41,933 nt of DNA from an uncultured Eubacteriales bacterium (GCA_902772685.1 CACYBO010000080.1:1-41933); one strand, 5' to 3'. Shown: positions 18,233-29,056, counted from the first letter of the stretch. Notes: a model not told the origin generated them from the letters alone. Translations and numbers: made by a program.

Positions 18233-19327
18233 CTATCCCCGATCGAGAAATCCTGTCAGAAAATCTGCCAGCCTTTCCGTACAGTTATCAACAGGTACCG
18301 AGATATTTTGTTCCAGAAACGCTCTCTCTTTATCCGTGTCGTAATCGTTTCTCAACATCTCCCTGAGCGTCTCAGTATCTCTGGCCGCCGCCCATGGCAT
18401 TTCCTTCTCCGGATCGATATTCAGCCCGACTTCGTTTCTGTACTCATCGATATCATAGATGTAGTAGTATACTGGTTTCCCTGTCAAGGCGGCTTCAATA
18501 CCGATGGCGGAGTAGTCCGTGATCACTCTGTCGCAGACCTTAAGCCAATCATAAGTGTTATGCTTTCTGTCCACATACTCTGATCCGTCGTCATAGAGCG
18601 GGTGCAGTTTCACAATAATGTGGAACCCCTCTTCCTCCGCTGCCTTAATCAGCGGCCGGGCATCTACTTTCCTGCCTTTGCGGAATGTCGGCGCGTAGAG
18701 AATGATTTCCCTGCCGTCACCGAATCCGTACTCCGCTTTCACTTCCTGCGCAAAAGCTTCATCCTCTGTTCTGATCAGATCGATCCTCGGCAGACCGAAG
18801 TATCTCAGCCTTTCTTCTTCTACATCAAATGCTTCGCAGTAAAATCTGCCGGTCCGCTCACCGGGAGCGATTACGCAGTCATAATTTCTGTGCATACACA
18901 TGATCTCTGCAATCTTGCTGCTTCTTCCCGCAGGCATGTCGAGTGTCTGATATCCGAACTTCTTGATCGCAGCAAGTGAGTGCCACATCTGTATGACAGC
19001 AGTCTCCTTCTTATGCTTCAGCACACTGGCAGCAATACAGTAGCCATCAAGGACAACAACCCGCGAAGTGGCCAGATGTTTCATCTGACTCAACATATGC
19101 AGCCCATATCCAATAGGATTTGTCCCCTCCAGCTTTCTTGCCAGAATTACACAGTCAGCACGCGGACAATTTTCCTTTATGCTCGCCGACAGCATGCGAA
19201 TATCCGCCGACGGTCTGTCACTCTGTCTGGATATGAAAGTAATTCTGTTTTTGACACGCAGAGCACTGAACGGAACGTACACTGCCCGCAGCATCCAAAC
19301 AGCCAATTTCAAAAAACCTGTCTTCAT
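18233..19327 (-). CDS. tagB: TagB/TarB-like glycerophosphotransferase (primase type)
   Basis: QMWHSLAAIKKFG, GLPRID, LYAPTFR, KLHP, ITDYSA. Confidence 0.75.
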   Translation of the reverse strand: MKTGFLKLAVWMLRAVYVPFSALRVKNRITFISRQSDRPSADIRMLSASIKENCPRADCVILARKLEGTNPIGYGLHMLSQMKHLATSRVVVLDGYCIAASVLKHKKETAVIQMWHSLAAIKKFGYQTLDMPAGRSSKIAEIMCMHRNYDCVIAPGERTGRFYCEAFDVEEERLRYFGLPRIDLIRTEDEAFAQEVKAEYGFGDGREIILYAPTFRKGRKVDARPLIKAAEEEGFHIIVKLHPLYDDGSEYVDRKHNTYDWLKVCDRVITDYSAIGIEAALTGKPVYYYIYDIDEYRNEVGLNIDPEKEMPWAAARDTETLREMLRNDYDTDKERAFLEQNISVPVDNCTERLADFLTGFLDRG

Positions 19328-19335
19328 GACCTTTG

Positions 19336-20070
19336 CTATTTATTGTAAATCTCTATCGCTTCATCGATATCCCCGTCGAATACCTTCTTGCCTTTGACCA
19401 TTACCATGCCCCTGTTGCAGAATTCTCTGGCTGTGCCAATGGAATGCGTTACGAACAGCAGCGTGACATTATCGTTCTCGATGATTCCGTTTATCTTCTT
19501 CAGGCATTTCTTTCTGAAGTTCTTGTCGCCGACACTGAGAGCCTCGTCCACAATCAGGATTTCCGGTCTGATATTGACGCTTACAGCGAATCCGAGTCTC
19601 GCCTTCATTCCGCTTGAGTATGATCTGACCGGCTGGTCAATATATTCGTCTATTTCAGCAAACGCAACGATTTCATCCTCAAGCTCGGCGATCTCACTGT
19701 CTTTCAATCCATAGAGCTGACCTTTAAGATAAATATTTTCCCTTCCTGTCAGCTCCGGGTCAAAACCTGCTGTCAGTTCCAGCAGCGCGCTGACTCTGCC
19801 GCTGACTTCAATCTCTCCTGACGTGGGATATGTAACCCCCGTTATCATCTTCAGAATCGTTGATTTCCCGGCTCCGTTCTTGCCGAACAGAGCAACGGCT
19901 TCCCCTCTCTTTATAGTGAAAGAAACGTCGTTTACAGCCAGTTTCTTCTTGTACTTGACTTTCTTGGAAAAAATGGCCAAAAACCTTTTTTTATTGTTCT
20001 TATAGAGCTTGTATTCTTTCGTTACATTCTCAAATCTAATTACTGTTTCACTGTTCATGTGCTTCTCCAT
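19336..20070 (-). CDS. tagH: Teichoic acid/polysaccharide ABC exporter ATP-binding subunit
   Basis: GKNGAGKST Walker A, YSSGMKARLGFA signature, ILIVDEALSVGD Walker B. Confidence 0.92.
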   Translation of the reverse strand: MEKHMNSETVIRFENVTKEYKLYKNNKKRFLAIFSKKVKYKKKLAVNDVSFTIKRGEAVALFGKNGAGKSTILKMITGVTYPTSGEIEVSGRVSALLELTAGFDPELTGRENIYLKGQLYGLKDSEIAELEDEIVAFAEIDEYIDQPVRSYSSGMKARLGFAVSVNIRPEILIVDEALSVGDKNFRKKCLKKINGIIENDNVTLLFVTHSIGTAREFCNRGMVMVKGKKVFDGDIDEAIEIYNK

Positions 20071-20882
20071 CAGAGGACATCAGGTATCTCTTTTATCAGT
20101 TTCTTATAGCTCCACAGTGCGAGCAAAAACATTACTATCAGCAGTCCTATAAATATAAAGAGCTGTAAGGGTTCCTCCCAGAACCAGACTTTGTAAATAA
20201 AGCAGTTCCTGTATCCGGTCGCTATATATGTGACAGGGTTGAAGTAGAGTACTTTCTGCAGCCACGGTATCTCAATGGTGTTTACATCCCACATGATTCC
20301 GGACAGCCAGAATATTGCGGTGGTGATCGATTTGACGAGATTAATGAAATCGTTGCTCATAGCTCCAAGCAAAGACGCAAACAGCGCCCAGGCTGTAAAG
20401 AACAGAAACATGATCAGAATGTAAAACAGCAGCTGGATCCAGTACACATCCGGGAAGTGTCTTGTAACGATAAAGATCAGCGCGACAATAACCATCAGGC
20501 ACAAGTGAACGAACAGTTTCGATAATCCGACGAACGTAGGGATCGTCGATACCGGAAACTTCATCTTCGTAATCAGGTATCTGTATTTCCGCATTGCGCT
20601 GGCGCCCTGTGTCAGCATGTCATTCATAAAGAACCACGCCATAAAACCGGGAATCATCCAGAGAGCGAAAGGATATCCTTCTACGCCTCCGCCGCTTCTG
20701 ATTCCGTATGTAAAAGCAAACCAGAATACAAAGATCAGAATCGTCGGTCTGACCAGCGCCCAGACCCAGCCAAGAGCAGCCCCGCTGTAGGTCTTGATGA
20801 TATCCGCTTTGGCGAGTTTGATGATCTGATTTTTCCACTCTATATGCTCGTTGATTATCGTCTTAAGTGTATCCAAAAACAA
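20070..20882 (-). CDS. tagG: Teichoic acid/polysaccharide ABC exporter permease
   Basis: LGWVWALVRP, NPVTYIATGYR, six hydrophobic segments. True start may be TTG 20876 given the AAGGAGG spacing. Confidence 0.92.
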   Translation of the reverse strand: MFLDTLKTIINEHIEWKNQIIKLAKADIIKTYSGAALGWVWALVRPTILIFVFWFAFTYGIRSGGGVEGYPFALWMIPGFMAWFFMNDMLTQGASAMRKYRYLITKMKFPVSTIPTFVGLSKLFVHLCLMVIVALIFIVTRHFPDVYWIQLLFYILIMFLFFTAWALFASLLGAMSNDFINLVKSITTAIFWLSGIMWDVNTIEIPWLQKVLYFNPVTYIATGYRNCFIYKVWFWEEPLQLFIFIGLLIVMFLLALWSYKKLIKEIPDVL

Positions 20883-20923
20883 CCTCCTTCCGGCTGTGTG
20901 ATTATTTTGTATGTATCCTTATT

Positions 20924-20952
20924 ATTATAGCATATATCGCTGTTTTTCTAAA
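20924..20952 (-). promoter_or_regulatory. Sigma-A-type promoter with extended -10, upstream of tagG
   Basis: Minus strand TTTAGA-17 nt-TATAAT with TG one base upstream of the -10. Confidence 0.6.
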
Positions 20953-23900
20953 GTATGCCGTCCTTTTTCGCCATGGCGATGAATCTTTCGGTGTTCTTTC
21001 CGTCATGGTGTTCCACAATGCGTCTGTAGTTGTCCAGATGAGCCTTCGTCTGCTCTTCATGATACGCCTTTACCAGGTCTTCTCTGAGTTTCTCCTTATC
21101 CCAGCTGATATATCCAAAGGCCAGGTCTTCCGTCAGCATCAGACGGGCATTGTCCCCATACTCTCTCATGCACTCGTCCTTCTCCTTCCAATAGAACAGC
21201 ACATTCGTTCCCCTGTAAAAGGCGTCATATGAAATGGACGAATAGTCCGTAATCAGGACCTTAGCCGTCTTCAGAATATCATCGTATTTCTTGTCCGGCA
21301 CATAGTATTTCCACACGCAGTCATCTTTATCTTCTCTTACCTGATCTTCAATCAGAGGATGCGGTAAAACGATGAGTTTGCTCTTCAGTTCATCCGGGGT
21401 GGTCTCAACAATTTCCCTGAGCAGTCTGTAATAGCCCGTGTCCTTGATGTCGCTGATTCCGCTCACGTATTCCCACGGTCTCCAAGTCAGCATGACTACG
21501 ATTCTGTCAGCGTCTTCATTCAGCGTGCTTCTGTCGAACTTCAGAAGACCGCACACATACATATCCTCGGGACTGTGCCCTGTGTTGTCTGTAAAGTGCG
21601 TTGCCTCAAGCTGTGATGATACGACTACCCGCTGTTTGCCTTTGCCTTTGCTCTTCTTGAAGAATTCTCTCTGCTCCGATCCCAGCGATACCATGTACAT
21701 AACGCCGTGCTGCAGGAATATGTAATTCTTCGATCCGTCGATGACGAAAGTCTTGAAAAGCCCGCTGGTCGCTCCCTTCTCAAGGGCGTGGCCAAGCGTC
21801 TCTGTGGAAATGACGCTCTTGGCAGCAAACATGCTGTAGTAATGCCTGAACGAGAATCTCGGCACGATGTTCTTCCTGTATCTCGTCGGTATTCTGTCGA
21901 TATACGGATAACTGTTATCGAGGATGTATCTGACTTTTTTATAGCCTTCATCCATCAGCTTTTCATAGAGTATCGATGCGCTCTCCTCGTATCTGGACGA
22001 ATTCTTCTCATAGAGGAGCACCGTCTTGTTCCACGGGGTCAGCACATGACATGCAAATGCGGCAGCCAGTTTTATCTGCTGCGCCTTGCTGTCCGTAACG
22101 TTTCTGTCTCTGATAACAAGCCTGTAATGCTTATAGTCTTCCTTTATCTCGCAGACGTATTCGGTCCCCGGCAGGTCGTACACCCGTTTTTTAAGCAGCC
22201 CAAACCTGCCCGACACCAGCACTCTGGCGCAGATTGTGCTTCCGCAGGTGAGTATTTTAACTCTGAGCAGATTGTTCGTGTACCATCTGCTGAAGTCCTC
22301 CTCAGGCACAGTGAATCGGAACCCGCATCTGATTGTTGTGAGTCCGTCTTTCGTGCTCCTGCCCGCCGGACTGAAGTCCGCAGCGTACTCAAATGTGTCT
22401 TCAAACAGTCTGGATCCAATCTGTACCGTGTCTGCCAATTCTGCATCGGGATCTTCTGTCTTCACAATCAGTTTCCCGCTGAAAGTGGTTCTGCCCCCGG
22501 AAGTAACACATTTGATTCCTGTTGCTCTGGCGTATGCTCCGAGACATTCCTTCTCATTCCAATAATCCAGCCCGTACCCGGCGTCGTACTTTTCAACTGC
22601 ATCAAAGCATGAGAAAACCTCATCTCTTGCCCCTGGGTTTCTGTAAAATACATCCGCCGGCCTGATGTAGAAATGCAGAGGTATCCTGTGGATAATAGTC
22701 TCGCACCTGTGCATCGAAGCCGCTCTGAACAGTTCAAAGATGTTGGTAGAGAACATATTGAATCTGCTGCAGTTGATATTGCTGAACTGCCTCTCATACT
22801 CACGTCTGCAGTAATCTTCTTCCTTCCGTTTGAACAGACCGTGGTTTTTGTTCAGATTGAGATAGACGTACTCGCGGAAGGTTATCGCGCCTCCCTTTGT
22901 CATCATCACGAAATCAACGCGGCTGTCCAGCTTCTGCAGAAATCCGATGACATTCTTGTCCTTCATATCGCCCTCGAATCCCAGCACGGTCCTTTCGAGC
23001 TGTTCAGGCGTCAGATTGCTTAAATACTCTTTGGTGAGAACACAGCTGCCTTCCTCACCGATATCCCCCATATAAGAGAATTCCGTTTCCCTGCCGGAGG
23101 AGTAGTCGCTTATTTCCAGCTGATCTTCATCGGAACACTTCCCGCACATGAGTCTGAGGAGTGTCTCCGCAGCCTTGCCGTAGTGGTTTCCCAGATACTC
23201 GTCATCCAGATCATAGCCGCCGAAAGGCGCATGGAGTGCCTCCTTCAGTTCCTCCATGTTGTATGTCTGCCCGAACGGAAGCGTCCTTATATCGAAATAA
23301 AAGCCCTTCTGTGCCAGATACTCCTCATAATCGTACATGTACATAATCACCTGGCGGCCTGTCTGAGCGAAGTCGATCATTACGCTGGAGTAGTCAGATA
23401 TGAGGGTGTCGCATACAGCCAGAAAGTCATAGGTCTCATATTCTGCCGGAAATGGTTTCGCCTTGCTGAACTGACTGAAATCCATTTTGTTTCCGATCAG
23501 GAAGTGGAAATTGACATAGAGCACTTCATCCTCTGTAAGATTCGACTCAATCTGCCTGATGATGTCCTCGGCCTCCTTGATCTGGCCGGTAATGTCTGCG
23601 TTTCTGCCGGTCCCTCTCCAGGTAGGCATGTAGGCGATGACGCGTTTTCCGCTCAGATTGTATTTTTCTTTTATCTCACCTGCCAGCGGCGCGTTGAACA
23701 GCACATCATTTCTCGGGTAATCAATGATCACGACTTTGCCCCCGAATACCCTCTCCACCATGTAATCCTTCATCATGACACGCCGGGTGTAGCTGTTAGG
23801 CTGCATCAGCCAGTCACTTGCCAGGAAATTCTTCTGCACGTTTCCGATGGACGTGGAGTTCACAATATCTGCTCTGCCCAGCTGCTTGAGCGGCGCCCCA

Positions 23901-24292
23901 TGCCAGGTGTTGAGAACCACCTGCCCCTCCTTCTTTATGAAATACGTCGGGAAGGAGTTGTCTGTGATAAGATATTTTGCCGTAGCAAGTACTCTCCTGT
24001 ACTCAAGACTGTTCCTCACTACGAGCCTGACGCGGCGAAATCCGTATCTGCCGAACTTCTCTTCGGCTTCTGCCTTGGAGTCCTTCGTCACCACGACATA
24101 AGGGGTCAGATTGTCCCATTCCGCTTCCGTTTCTATGCACCTCAAAAAAGCAAAAATGTTACCGTCCGTATGTTTGCCCTGTCCCGCTTCAAGGAGAACA
24201 ATGTTCTCCTCGATCGGGGCGTCATAGTACTTCAGATAACTGTTATTTGCTCTGGCCTGTCTTATTGCATTTTTTAGTTTTTTAACTCCCAT
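20948..24292 (-). CDS. Large protein with two TagF-family phosphotransferase domains
   Basis: Domain 1: NTWHGAPLK, DYPRND, YMPTWR, ISDYSS. Domain 2: FLQHGV, GLLKFD, MLTWRPW, LPHP, ITDYSSISYD. Confidence 0.88.
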   Translation of the reverse strand: MGVKKLKNAIRQARANNSYLKYYDAPIEENIVLLEAGQGKHTDGNIFAFLRCIETEAEWDNLTPYVVVTKDSKAEAEEKFGRYGFRRVRLVVRNSLEYRRVLATAKYLITDNSFPTYFIKKEGQVVLNTWHGAPLKQLGRADIVNSTSIGNVQKNFLASDWLMQPNSYTRRVMMKDYMVERVFGGKVVIIDYPRNDVLFNAPLAGEIKEKYNLSGKRVIAYMPTWRGTGRNADITGQIKEAEDIIRQIESNLTEDEVLYVNFHFLIGNKMDFSQFSKAKPFPAEYETYDFLAVCDTLISDYSSVMIDFAQTGRQVIMYMYDYEEYLAQKGFYFDIRTLPFGQTYNMEELKEALHAPFGGYDLDDEYLGNHYGKAAETLLRLMCGKCSDEDQLEISDYSSGRETEFSYMGDIGEEGSCVLTKEYLSNLTPEQLERTVLGFEGDMKDKNVIGFLQKLDSRVDFVMMTKGGAITFREYVYLNLNKNHGLFKRKEEDYCRREYERQFSNINCSRFNMFSTNIFELFRAASMHRCETIIHRIPLHFYIRPADVFYRNPGARDEVFSCFDAVEKYDAGYGLDYWNEKECLGAYARATGIKCVTSGGRTTFSGKLIVKTEDPDAELADTVQIGSRLFEDTFEYAADFSPAGRSTKDGLTTIRCGFRFTVPEEDFSRWYTNNLLRVKILTCGSTICARVLVSGRFGLLKKRVYDLPGTEYVCEIKEDYKHYRLVIRDRNVTDSKAQQIKLAAAFACHVLTPWNKTVLLYEKNSSRYEESASILYEKLMDEGYKKVRYILDNSYPYIDRIPTRYRKNIVPRFSFRHYYSMFAAKSVISTETLGHALEKGATSGLFKTFVIDGSKNYIFLQHGVMYMVSLGSEQREFFKKSKGKGKQRVVVSSQLEATHFTDNTGHSPEDMYVCGLLKFDRSTLNEDADRIVVMLTWRPWEYVSGISDIKDTGYYRLLREIVETTPDELKSKLIVLPHPLIEDQVREDKDDCVWKYYVPDKKYDDILKTAKVLITDYSSISYDAFYRGTNVLFYWKEKDECMREYGDNARLMLTEDLAFGYISWDKEKLREDLVKAYHEEQTKAHLDNYRRIVEHHDGKNTERFIAMAKKDGIL

Positions 24293-24319
24293 GCATCAGT
24301 CTCCGCCATCACTCATTCA

Positions 24320-24709
24320 CTATTTTTTCAGATCCTTTTTGATCTGTGTTGTCGATATCTCAGGGGTTCTCGGCAGATACACCACCTCACAGTAATCCTT
24401 CAGGAAATCGAATTTGCCTTCCCAGTCATCACCGATTACAAAGGTGTCCACCTTGAATTCCTTCACATCGCTTATCTTCTGTTCCCAGTTTTCCTCCGGT
24501 ATTACCAGATCCACATATCTTATGGCTTCAACGAGTCTTTTTCGTTCTTCATAAGAGAAGTAGCACTTCTTCTGTTTCTGGTTCCAGTTGAATTCATCTG
24601 TCGAGATCGCCACTATGAGATAATCTCCCAGGTCCTTCGCCCTCTGAAGGAGATTAACATGCCCATAATGCAGCAGATCAAATGTTCCATATGTTATTAC
24701 TTTCTTCAT
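24320..24709 (-). CDS. tagD: Glycerol-3-phosphate cytidylyltransferase
   Basis: [37 protein letters not shown]. Confidence 0.95.
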   Translation of the reverse strand: MKKVITYGTFDLLHYGHVNLLQRAKDLGDYLIVAISTDEFNWNQKQKKCYFSYEERKRLVEAIRYVDLVIPEENWEQKISDVKEFKVDTFVIGDDWEGKFDFLKDYCEVVYLPRTPEISTTQIKKDLKK

Positions 24710-24720
24710 TTCATCTTCCC

Positions 24721-25740
24721 TTATCTGTTTGAATACATTCTATCGTAATACTGCTGGTACTCACCGCTTATGATGTTCTGCCACCACTCTTTGTTATCGA
24801 GATACCACTGGATGGTCTGCTTGATGCCGTCGTCAAACTTCGTCTCCGGAAGCCACCCGAGCTCTCCGTGTATCTTGGTCGGATCAATGGCGTATCTGAG
24901 ATCGTGTCCCTTCCTGTCGCCTACGAATGTGATCAGGCTCTCTGGTTTGCCGAGCTGCCTGAGAATGGTTTTGACCACTTCCAGATTGGACTTCTCGTTA
25001 TGTCCTCCGATGTTGTAAACCTCACCGACCTTACCGTCCTGCAGTATCATATCTATCGCCCTGCAGTGATCTTCGACATAGAGCCAGTCTCTGACGTTCT
25101 CACCTGTTCCGTATACCGGCAGAGGCTTGTCCGCCAAAGCGTTTGCTATCATCAGCGGGATCAGTTTTTCGGGGAACTGATAAGGGCCGTAGTTGTTGGA
25201 GCATCTGGATATGGTGACCGGAAGCCCATATGTCCTGTGGTAAGCCATAGCGAGAAGATCGGCAGATGCCTTTGATGCGGAATACGGACTTGAGGCGGTG
25301 ATGTTCATGTCCTCCGTGAAAAACAGGTCCGGCCTGTCCAGAGGCAGATCTCCGTATACCTCATCCGTTCCCACCTGATGGAAGCGGGTCACTCCGAACT
25401 CCCGGGACGCGTCCATCAGCACCTGTGTACCGATGATATTCGTCCTCAGGAATACCCCCGGATCTTCTATGGATCTGTCAACGTGGGATTCCGCCGCAAA
25501 GTTCACGACGACATCGAACTTCTTATCTTTGAAGAGGTTGAACACCGTCTCTCTGTCGGCTATATCCGCCTTGACAAAGCTGAAATTCTCTTCGTCCATG
25601 ACTTTGTCGAGGGTCTCCAGATTGCCCGCATATGTCAGGGCGTCGAGAGCGGTGATCTCCGCGTCGGGATGCTCTTTGAGCATATGGAAAACAAAGTTGC
25701 TCCCGATGAATCCGGCCGCTCCGGTAATTAATATTTTCAT
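24721..25740 (-). CDS. rfbB: dTDP-glucose 4,6-dehydratase
   Basis: [47 protein letters not shown]. Confidence 0.96.
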   Translation of the reverse strand: MKILITGAAGFIGSNFVFHMLKEHPDAEITALDALTYAGNLETLDKVMDEENFSFVKADIADRETVFNLFKDKKFDVVVNFAAESHVDRSIEDPGVFLRTNIIGTQVLMDASREFGVTRFHQVGTDEVYGDLPLDRPDLFFTEDMNITASSPYSASKASADLLAMAYHRTYGLPVTISRCSNNYGPYQFPEKLIPLMIANALADKPLPVYGTGENVRDWLYVEDHCRAIDMILQDGKVGEVYNIGGHNEKSNLEVVKTILRQLGKPESLITFVGDRKGHDLRYAIDPTKIHGELGWLPETKFDDGIKQTIQWYLDNKEWWQNIISGEYQQYYDRMYSNR

Positions 25741-25766
25741 ATTGCTGATTCTCCTCTGCTGGATCC

Positions 25767-27458
25767 TTAATCCGTCAGTCTGTACACTGGATAAGCGCCA
25801 ATATCAAAGGCTTTTTCTGCCTTTGCATCAGCATCATAATAGTCTCTAATATATTGTATTGTAGTATCAATATCCTTGTCAATAATATATACATCCGCGT
25901 TGTTTATGCTGTCGCGGTAAACGTCTGAAATACCGTATTTCTCAAGCTTCTCTCTATTTGCCGGCATCATCGTCGTCCAGCCGCCGAGAGTGAACACATT
26001 TTCAGATATTCCGTACGGCAGGGTGTCAAAGACTCCGTAAGCGTCGCTGTAGGAGAACCCCACGGCTTTGTTGAGATAAAGGTGTTCTTTGTCCTCGGCT
26101 ATGGTCTCCGCTACCGTTCTGTTGGCCTCGAGGGTTTCCACCCTATCCTTCGCGTTTACTCTCCAGTTATCATGCCAGCACAGCTGCGACGCAATCAGTG
26201 CAATCGTGAGAAGCACCGCGCCTGTCCTGTGCGAGAAAAGCGGTCTGTCGTTTTGCAGTGTCCATAGAATCACGACGCATGCGGCCATGACGATTCCCAC
26301 ATCCACACGGTCTTTGAGATACCGCAGTGTCATGAACATATAAAAATTCAGTCCGACGACAATCACTGCGGTGTACGCTATCCCTATTATAGCAACAGGC
26401 TTCTTCCTTCCTCTGAGGATCCAAAGGAGAACGAGTGCCAGGAACATGTAGAATACCGGCCTCGCCATATATCCTTTGGCCATCGTCTTGATGAACCTGA
26501 CGATGGTGCGGGAGTTTATTATCGTTCTGTCGGAGTTGTCCCAGCTTCCTATCTCACGCATGGTTTCAGCGGAGAGATCCACATGGTTCCACTGCCTGTA
26601 GTAGTTCTTGGCATTCTCATTGATCCCAAGCTCGCTGTATTCGTCTTCGTATTCCGAATAAGACGGGAACCCGTGATCGTACAGGCTTGATCTGGCGTTG
26701 TTATATTCCTTGTACTCCTGCCATTCCACCGGGGTGTAAGCCTGTTTGTCGACCATCCTCAGACCGCCCGCTACACCGAAGAGGAGCAGGAATACGCAGA
26801 GAATCAGCACGAACTGCTTCGCCCTCTGTCCCTTCGGTCTCTGCGGAAGTTCCAGGAGTATCATAACGCCGATAGCGCTCATCACAGCAGCTACAGCTAT
26901 AAACTGGGTATCCCTGAACATGAATCCTACAACCGCAATTACGCCGCCTGCAGCAATCTGAATATTTCTGACTCGTGATGAGGAATCATTATCGTTGCTG
27001 AGCGCCCAGAACATGAGCAGCAGACCTCCGGCCGTTGCTATGCCGGAAGTTCTGGTGAACTGCATGAGGATATATCCTTCATACCCAAAGAAAAGGATGA
27101 ATGCCGCAAGGACCCATACGGCAGAGCTGTGTTTCAGTTTGTTGAGAATTGAATATGTGATAGCTGTAAAGCCGCTGAACATCGCAGCGTAATGCACCAG
27201 CGGATACCATGGTACTGATGTTGTAATGGAATACAGACCTTTGTAGATCAGCCCCAGCACATAATTACTGTATATGATGTGCGCGTCTATGCTCCCCTTA
27301 GAGCCGTTCACAATGTTGCAGATGCCGAAGTCATCATTCGTGTCATACTGTGGATAGAACAGCACATAAAGAAAAATGAGTATCATAAAATTCAAGGCTA
27401 TGGCAAACCATAGCCTTTGAAAGAATTTTCTCTGATTGTCAGTTAGAGTACCATGCAT
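25767..27458 (-). CDS. Polytopic membrane protein, possible GT-C-type glycosyltransferase
   Basis: Roughly 12 hydrophobic segments, acidic YDTNDD motif just after the first TM helix, soluble C-terminal domain. Confidence 0.55.
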   Translation of the reverse strand: MHGTLTDNQRKFFQRLWFAIALNFMILIFLYVLFYPQYDTNDDFGICNIVNGSKGSIDAHIIYSNYVLGLIYKGLYSITTSVPWYPLVHYAAMFSGFTAITYSILNKLKHSSAVWVLAAFILFFGYEGYILMQFTRTSGIATAGGLLLMFWALSNDNDSSSRVRNIQIAAGGVIAVVGFMFRDTQFIAVAAVMSAIGVMILLELPQRPKGQRAKQFVLILCVFLLLFGVAGGLRMVDKQAYTPVEWQEYKEYNNARSSLYDHGFPSYSEYEDEYSELGINENAKNYYRQWNHVDLSAETMREIGSWDNSDRTIINSRTIVRFIKTMAKGYMARPVFYMFLALVLLWILRGRKKPVAIIGIAYTAVIVVGLNFYMFMTLRYLKDRVDVGIVMAACVVILWTLQNDRPLFSHRTGAVLLTIALIASQLCWHDNWRVNAKDRVETLEANRTVAETIAEDKEHLYLNKAVGFSYSDAYGVFDTLPYGISENVFTLGGWTTMMPANREKLEKYGISDVYRDSINNADVYIIDKDIDTTIQYIRDYYDADAKAEKAFDIGAYPVYRLTD

Positions 27459-28912
27459 ACGTGATTGCCCTTTCCGTCAGAATGAGCCGTTACAAGAATA
27501 TCGCCTCTCTGGAGGTACGCATCAGATTTCGTGTACTTTGAGTCTGAATAGCAGATGAAATCACCTGATAATCTCTTGAGTTCTTTTGCGACACCAAGTC
27601 CGCTACCTATGTATTTACAGCTGGTGATTCCGGAATACCTGATGCTCAACGTTACAATATCGCCGCAGGAACAGCCTGTCGCCTTGCTGACTCTCGACAG
27701 ATCCCATCCTACTTTCTCCGCCTGATACTGAATGGCATTCGATCCATATTCTCCCGTACCGTTTGACGAATAACCTATCTTGTTGTTAGCAATGCCTTTT
27801 TCCATGTCCGCAGCGGCTTTCTGTGCTTTGGCCGGATCCTTGAACCGGAACACATATGTCCAGTTGTTGTACTGATGGCTGGAGCTGTAGGTCCAATTTG
27901 CTGTAGCGACCTCGCGTCCGCTGCTGTCGCCTGCTTTGCCATCGTAATCCTTGGATGCCTGTCCGACATATGTCCCCGCTGCCGTGATGGAAACTGTGTT
28001 GGAATAAGAACTGTATATCCTCTTACCCTCAGAAGTTGCAAAAGCGCGAACCTTATACTGATAGGTGGTTCCCTTTGATTTATCAAAGAAGAAAGCATAG
28101 TTGGTTGTGAATTCCCTTACTGTCTTCTCGCCGCTGGATTTGTTGTATTCCTCTACACTGTATCCTGCCGCATTGCTGACAGCTCCCCAGGATAAATCGC
28201 ATCTTCTGTATCCGGGACTTCTGCCGGCCAGGGAAGGAGTTGCAAGGCTGGTCACATTCCCTGATGTGCCGGATGAAGCTGTCGTCGTTGTCGTCTGTGA
28301 AGATGAAGTCGATGTTTCCTTCTCCAGCGTTACACTGACCTTCTTCGACTTGGATTTTGTGTTCTTAGGACCTGCCAGTGAGTACACTTTGAATGTATAC
28401 TTCTTGCCTGCCGGCACTTTTGTAAACTTGTACGATGTGGATGTGGTCTTGTAACTTCCATCCTTGTATTTTTCCCCATCAGCAGTGACTACGATCTTGT
28501 ATTTCTTGCTTCCGGTCGCCTTTTTCCACGAAAGCTGTATGGCGTCTTTTGATACGACCTTCGCCTTTAGGGATTTGACCGCTTTAACGTAAATCTTGCA
28601 CTTCTTGGTAACCGTTCCGGTGTACTTGCCTTTTCCCTTGACGATAACTCTGGCCTTGCCCGGATTGACATTGTTTTTGTACGTAACGGTGTAGTCTGTT
28701 CCTCTCTTCAGCTTGCTGCCTTTGTATTTTACCGTCACCCTCGGCGTTTTCTTGTTTCCGGTGTAGACATCCTTTTTGTATGAAAGAGATATGGAGCACT
28801 TGGATAATTTGATCTTTGATGCCGCGCTGGTGTTCGCCGGGACGAGAGAAAGCACCATAGCTGCTGCGATGATGAATGCCAGAATGCAGTTTATTGTCCG
28901 CCTTGATTTCAT
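27443..28912 (-). CDS. Secreted protein with Ig-like and FN3-like domains and a C-terminal NlpC/P60-like Cys/His domain (putative peptidoglycan hydrolase)
   Basis: Signal peptide from ATG 28912 (GGAG upstream); YTG...DYTVTYKNN..GKA..KGKGKYTG repeat; two FN3-like units; GDSSGREV...NNKIGY...GCSC...LQRGDILV...NHV. Confidence 0.65.
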   Translation of the reverse strand: MKSRRTINCILAFIIAAAMVLSLVPANTSAASKIKLSKCSISLSYKKDVYTGNKKTPRVTVKYKGSKLKRGTDYTVTYKNNVNPGKARVIVKGKGKYTGTVTKKCKIYVKAVKSLKAKVVSKDAIQLSWKKATGSKKYKIVVTADGEKYKDGSYKTTSTSYKFTKVPAGKKYTFKVYSLAGPKNTKSKSKKVSVTLEKETSTSSSQTTTTTASSGTSGNVTSLATPSLAGRSPGYRRCDLSWGAVSNAAGYSVEEYNKSSGEKTVREFTTNYAFFFDKSKGTTYQYKVRAFATSEGKRIYSSYSNTVSITAAGTYVGQASKDYDGKAGDSSGREVATANWTYSSSHQYNNWTYVFRFKDPAKAQKAAADMEKGIANNKIGYSSNGTGEYGSNAIQYQAEKVGWDLSRVSKATGCSCGDIVTLSIRYSGITSCKYIGSGLGVAKELKRLSGDFICYSDSKYTKSDAYLQRGDILVTAHSDGKGNHVCMVL

Positions 28913-28975
28913 TGTTTCACACTCCGTATATATTGATTGTTTCCACCATGTAAATGTCTGCATATGTTCACATAA

Positions 28976-29004
28976 ATTATATCAAAGGCAAGATTTACTG
29001 TTAA
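28976..29004 (-). promoter_or_regulatory. Sigma-A-type promoter with extended -10
   Basis: Minus strand TTAACA-17 nt-TATAAT with a TG extension. Confidence 0.7.
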
Positions 29005-29028
29005 CATAAAAAACGTTTATATTAGACC

Positions 29029-29052
29029 AGATCCCGGCGCAGGCCGGGATCT
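29029..29052 (-). terminator. Stem-loop just downstream of the 29057..30355 gene; probable terminator
   Basis: Perfect 10-bp inverted repeat AGATCCCGGC-gcag-GCCGGGATCT; U-tract weak or displaced. Confidence 0.6.
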
Positions 29053-29056
29053 TCTG

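Noticed and set aside
23183-24277. 364-aa plus-strand ORF (also the 301-aa ORF at 21707..22612)
   Set aside because: Antisense shadows of the double-TagF gene with no recognisable motif; expected from codon bias
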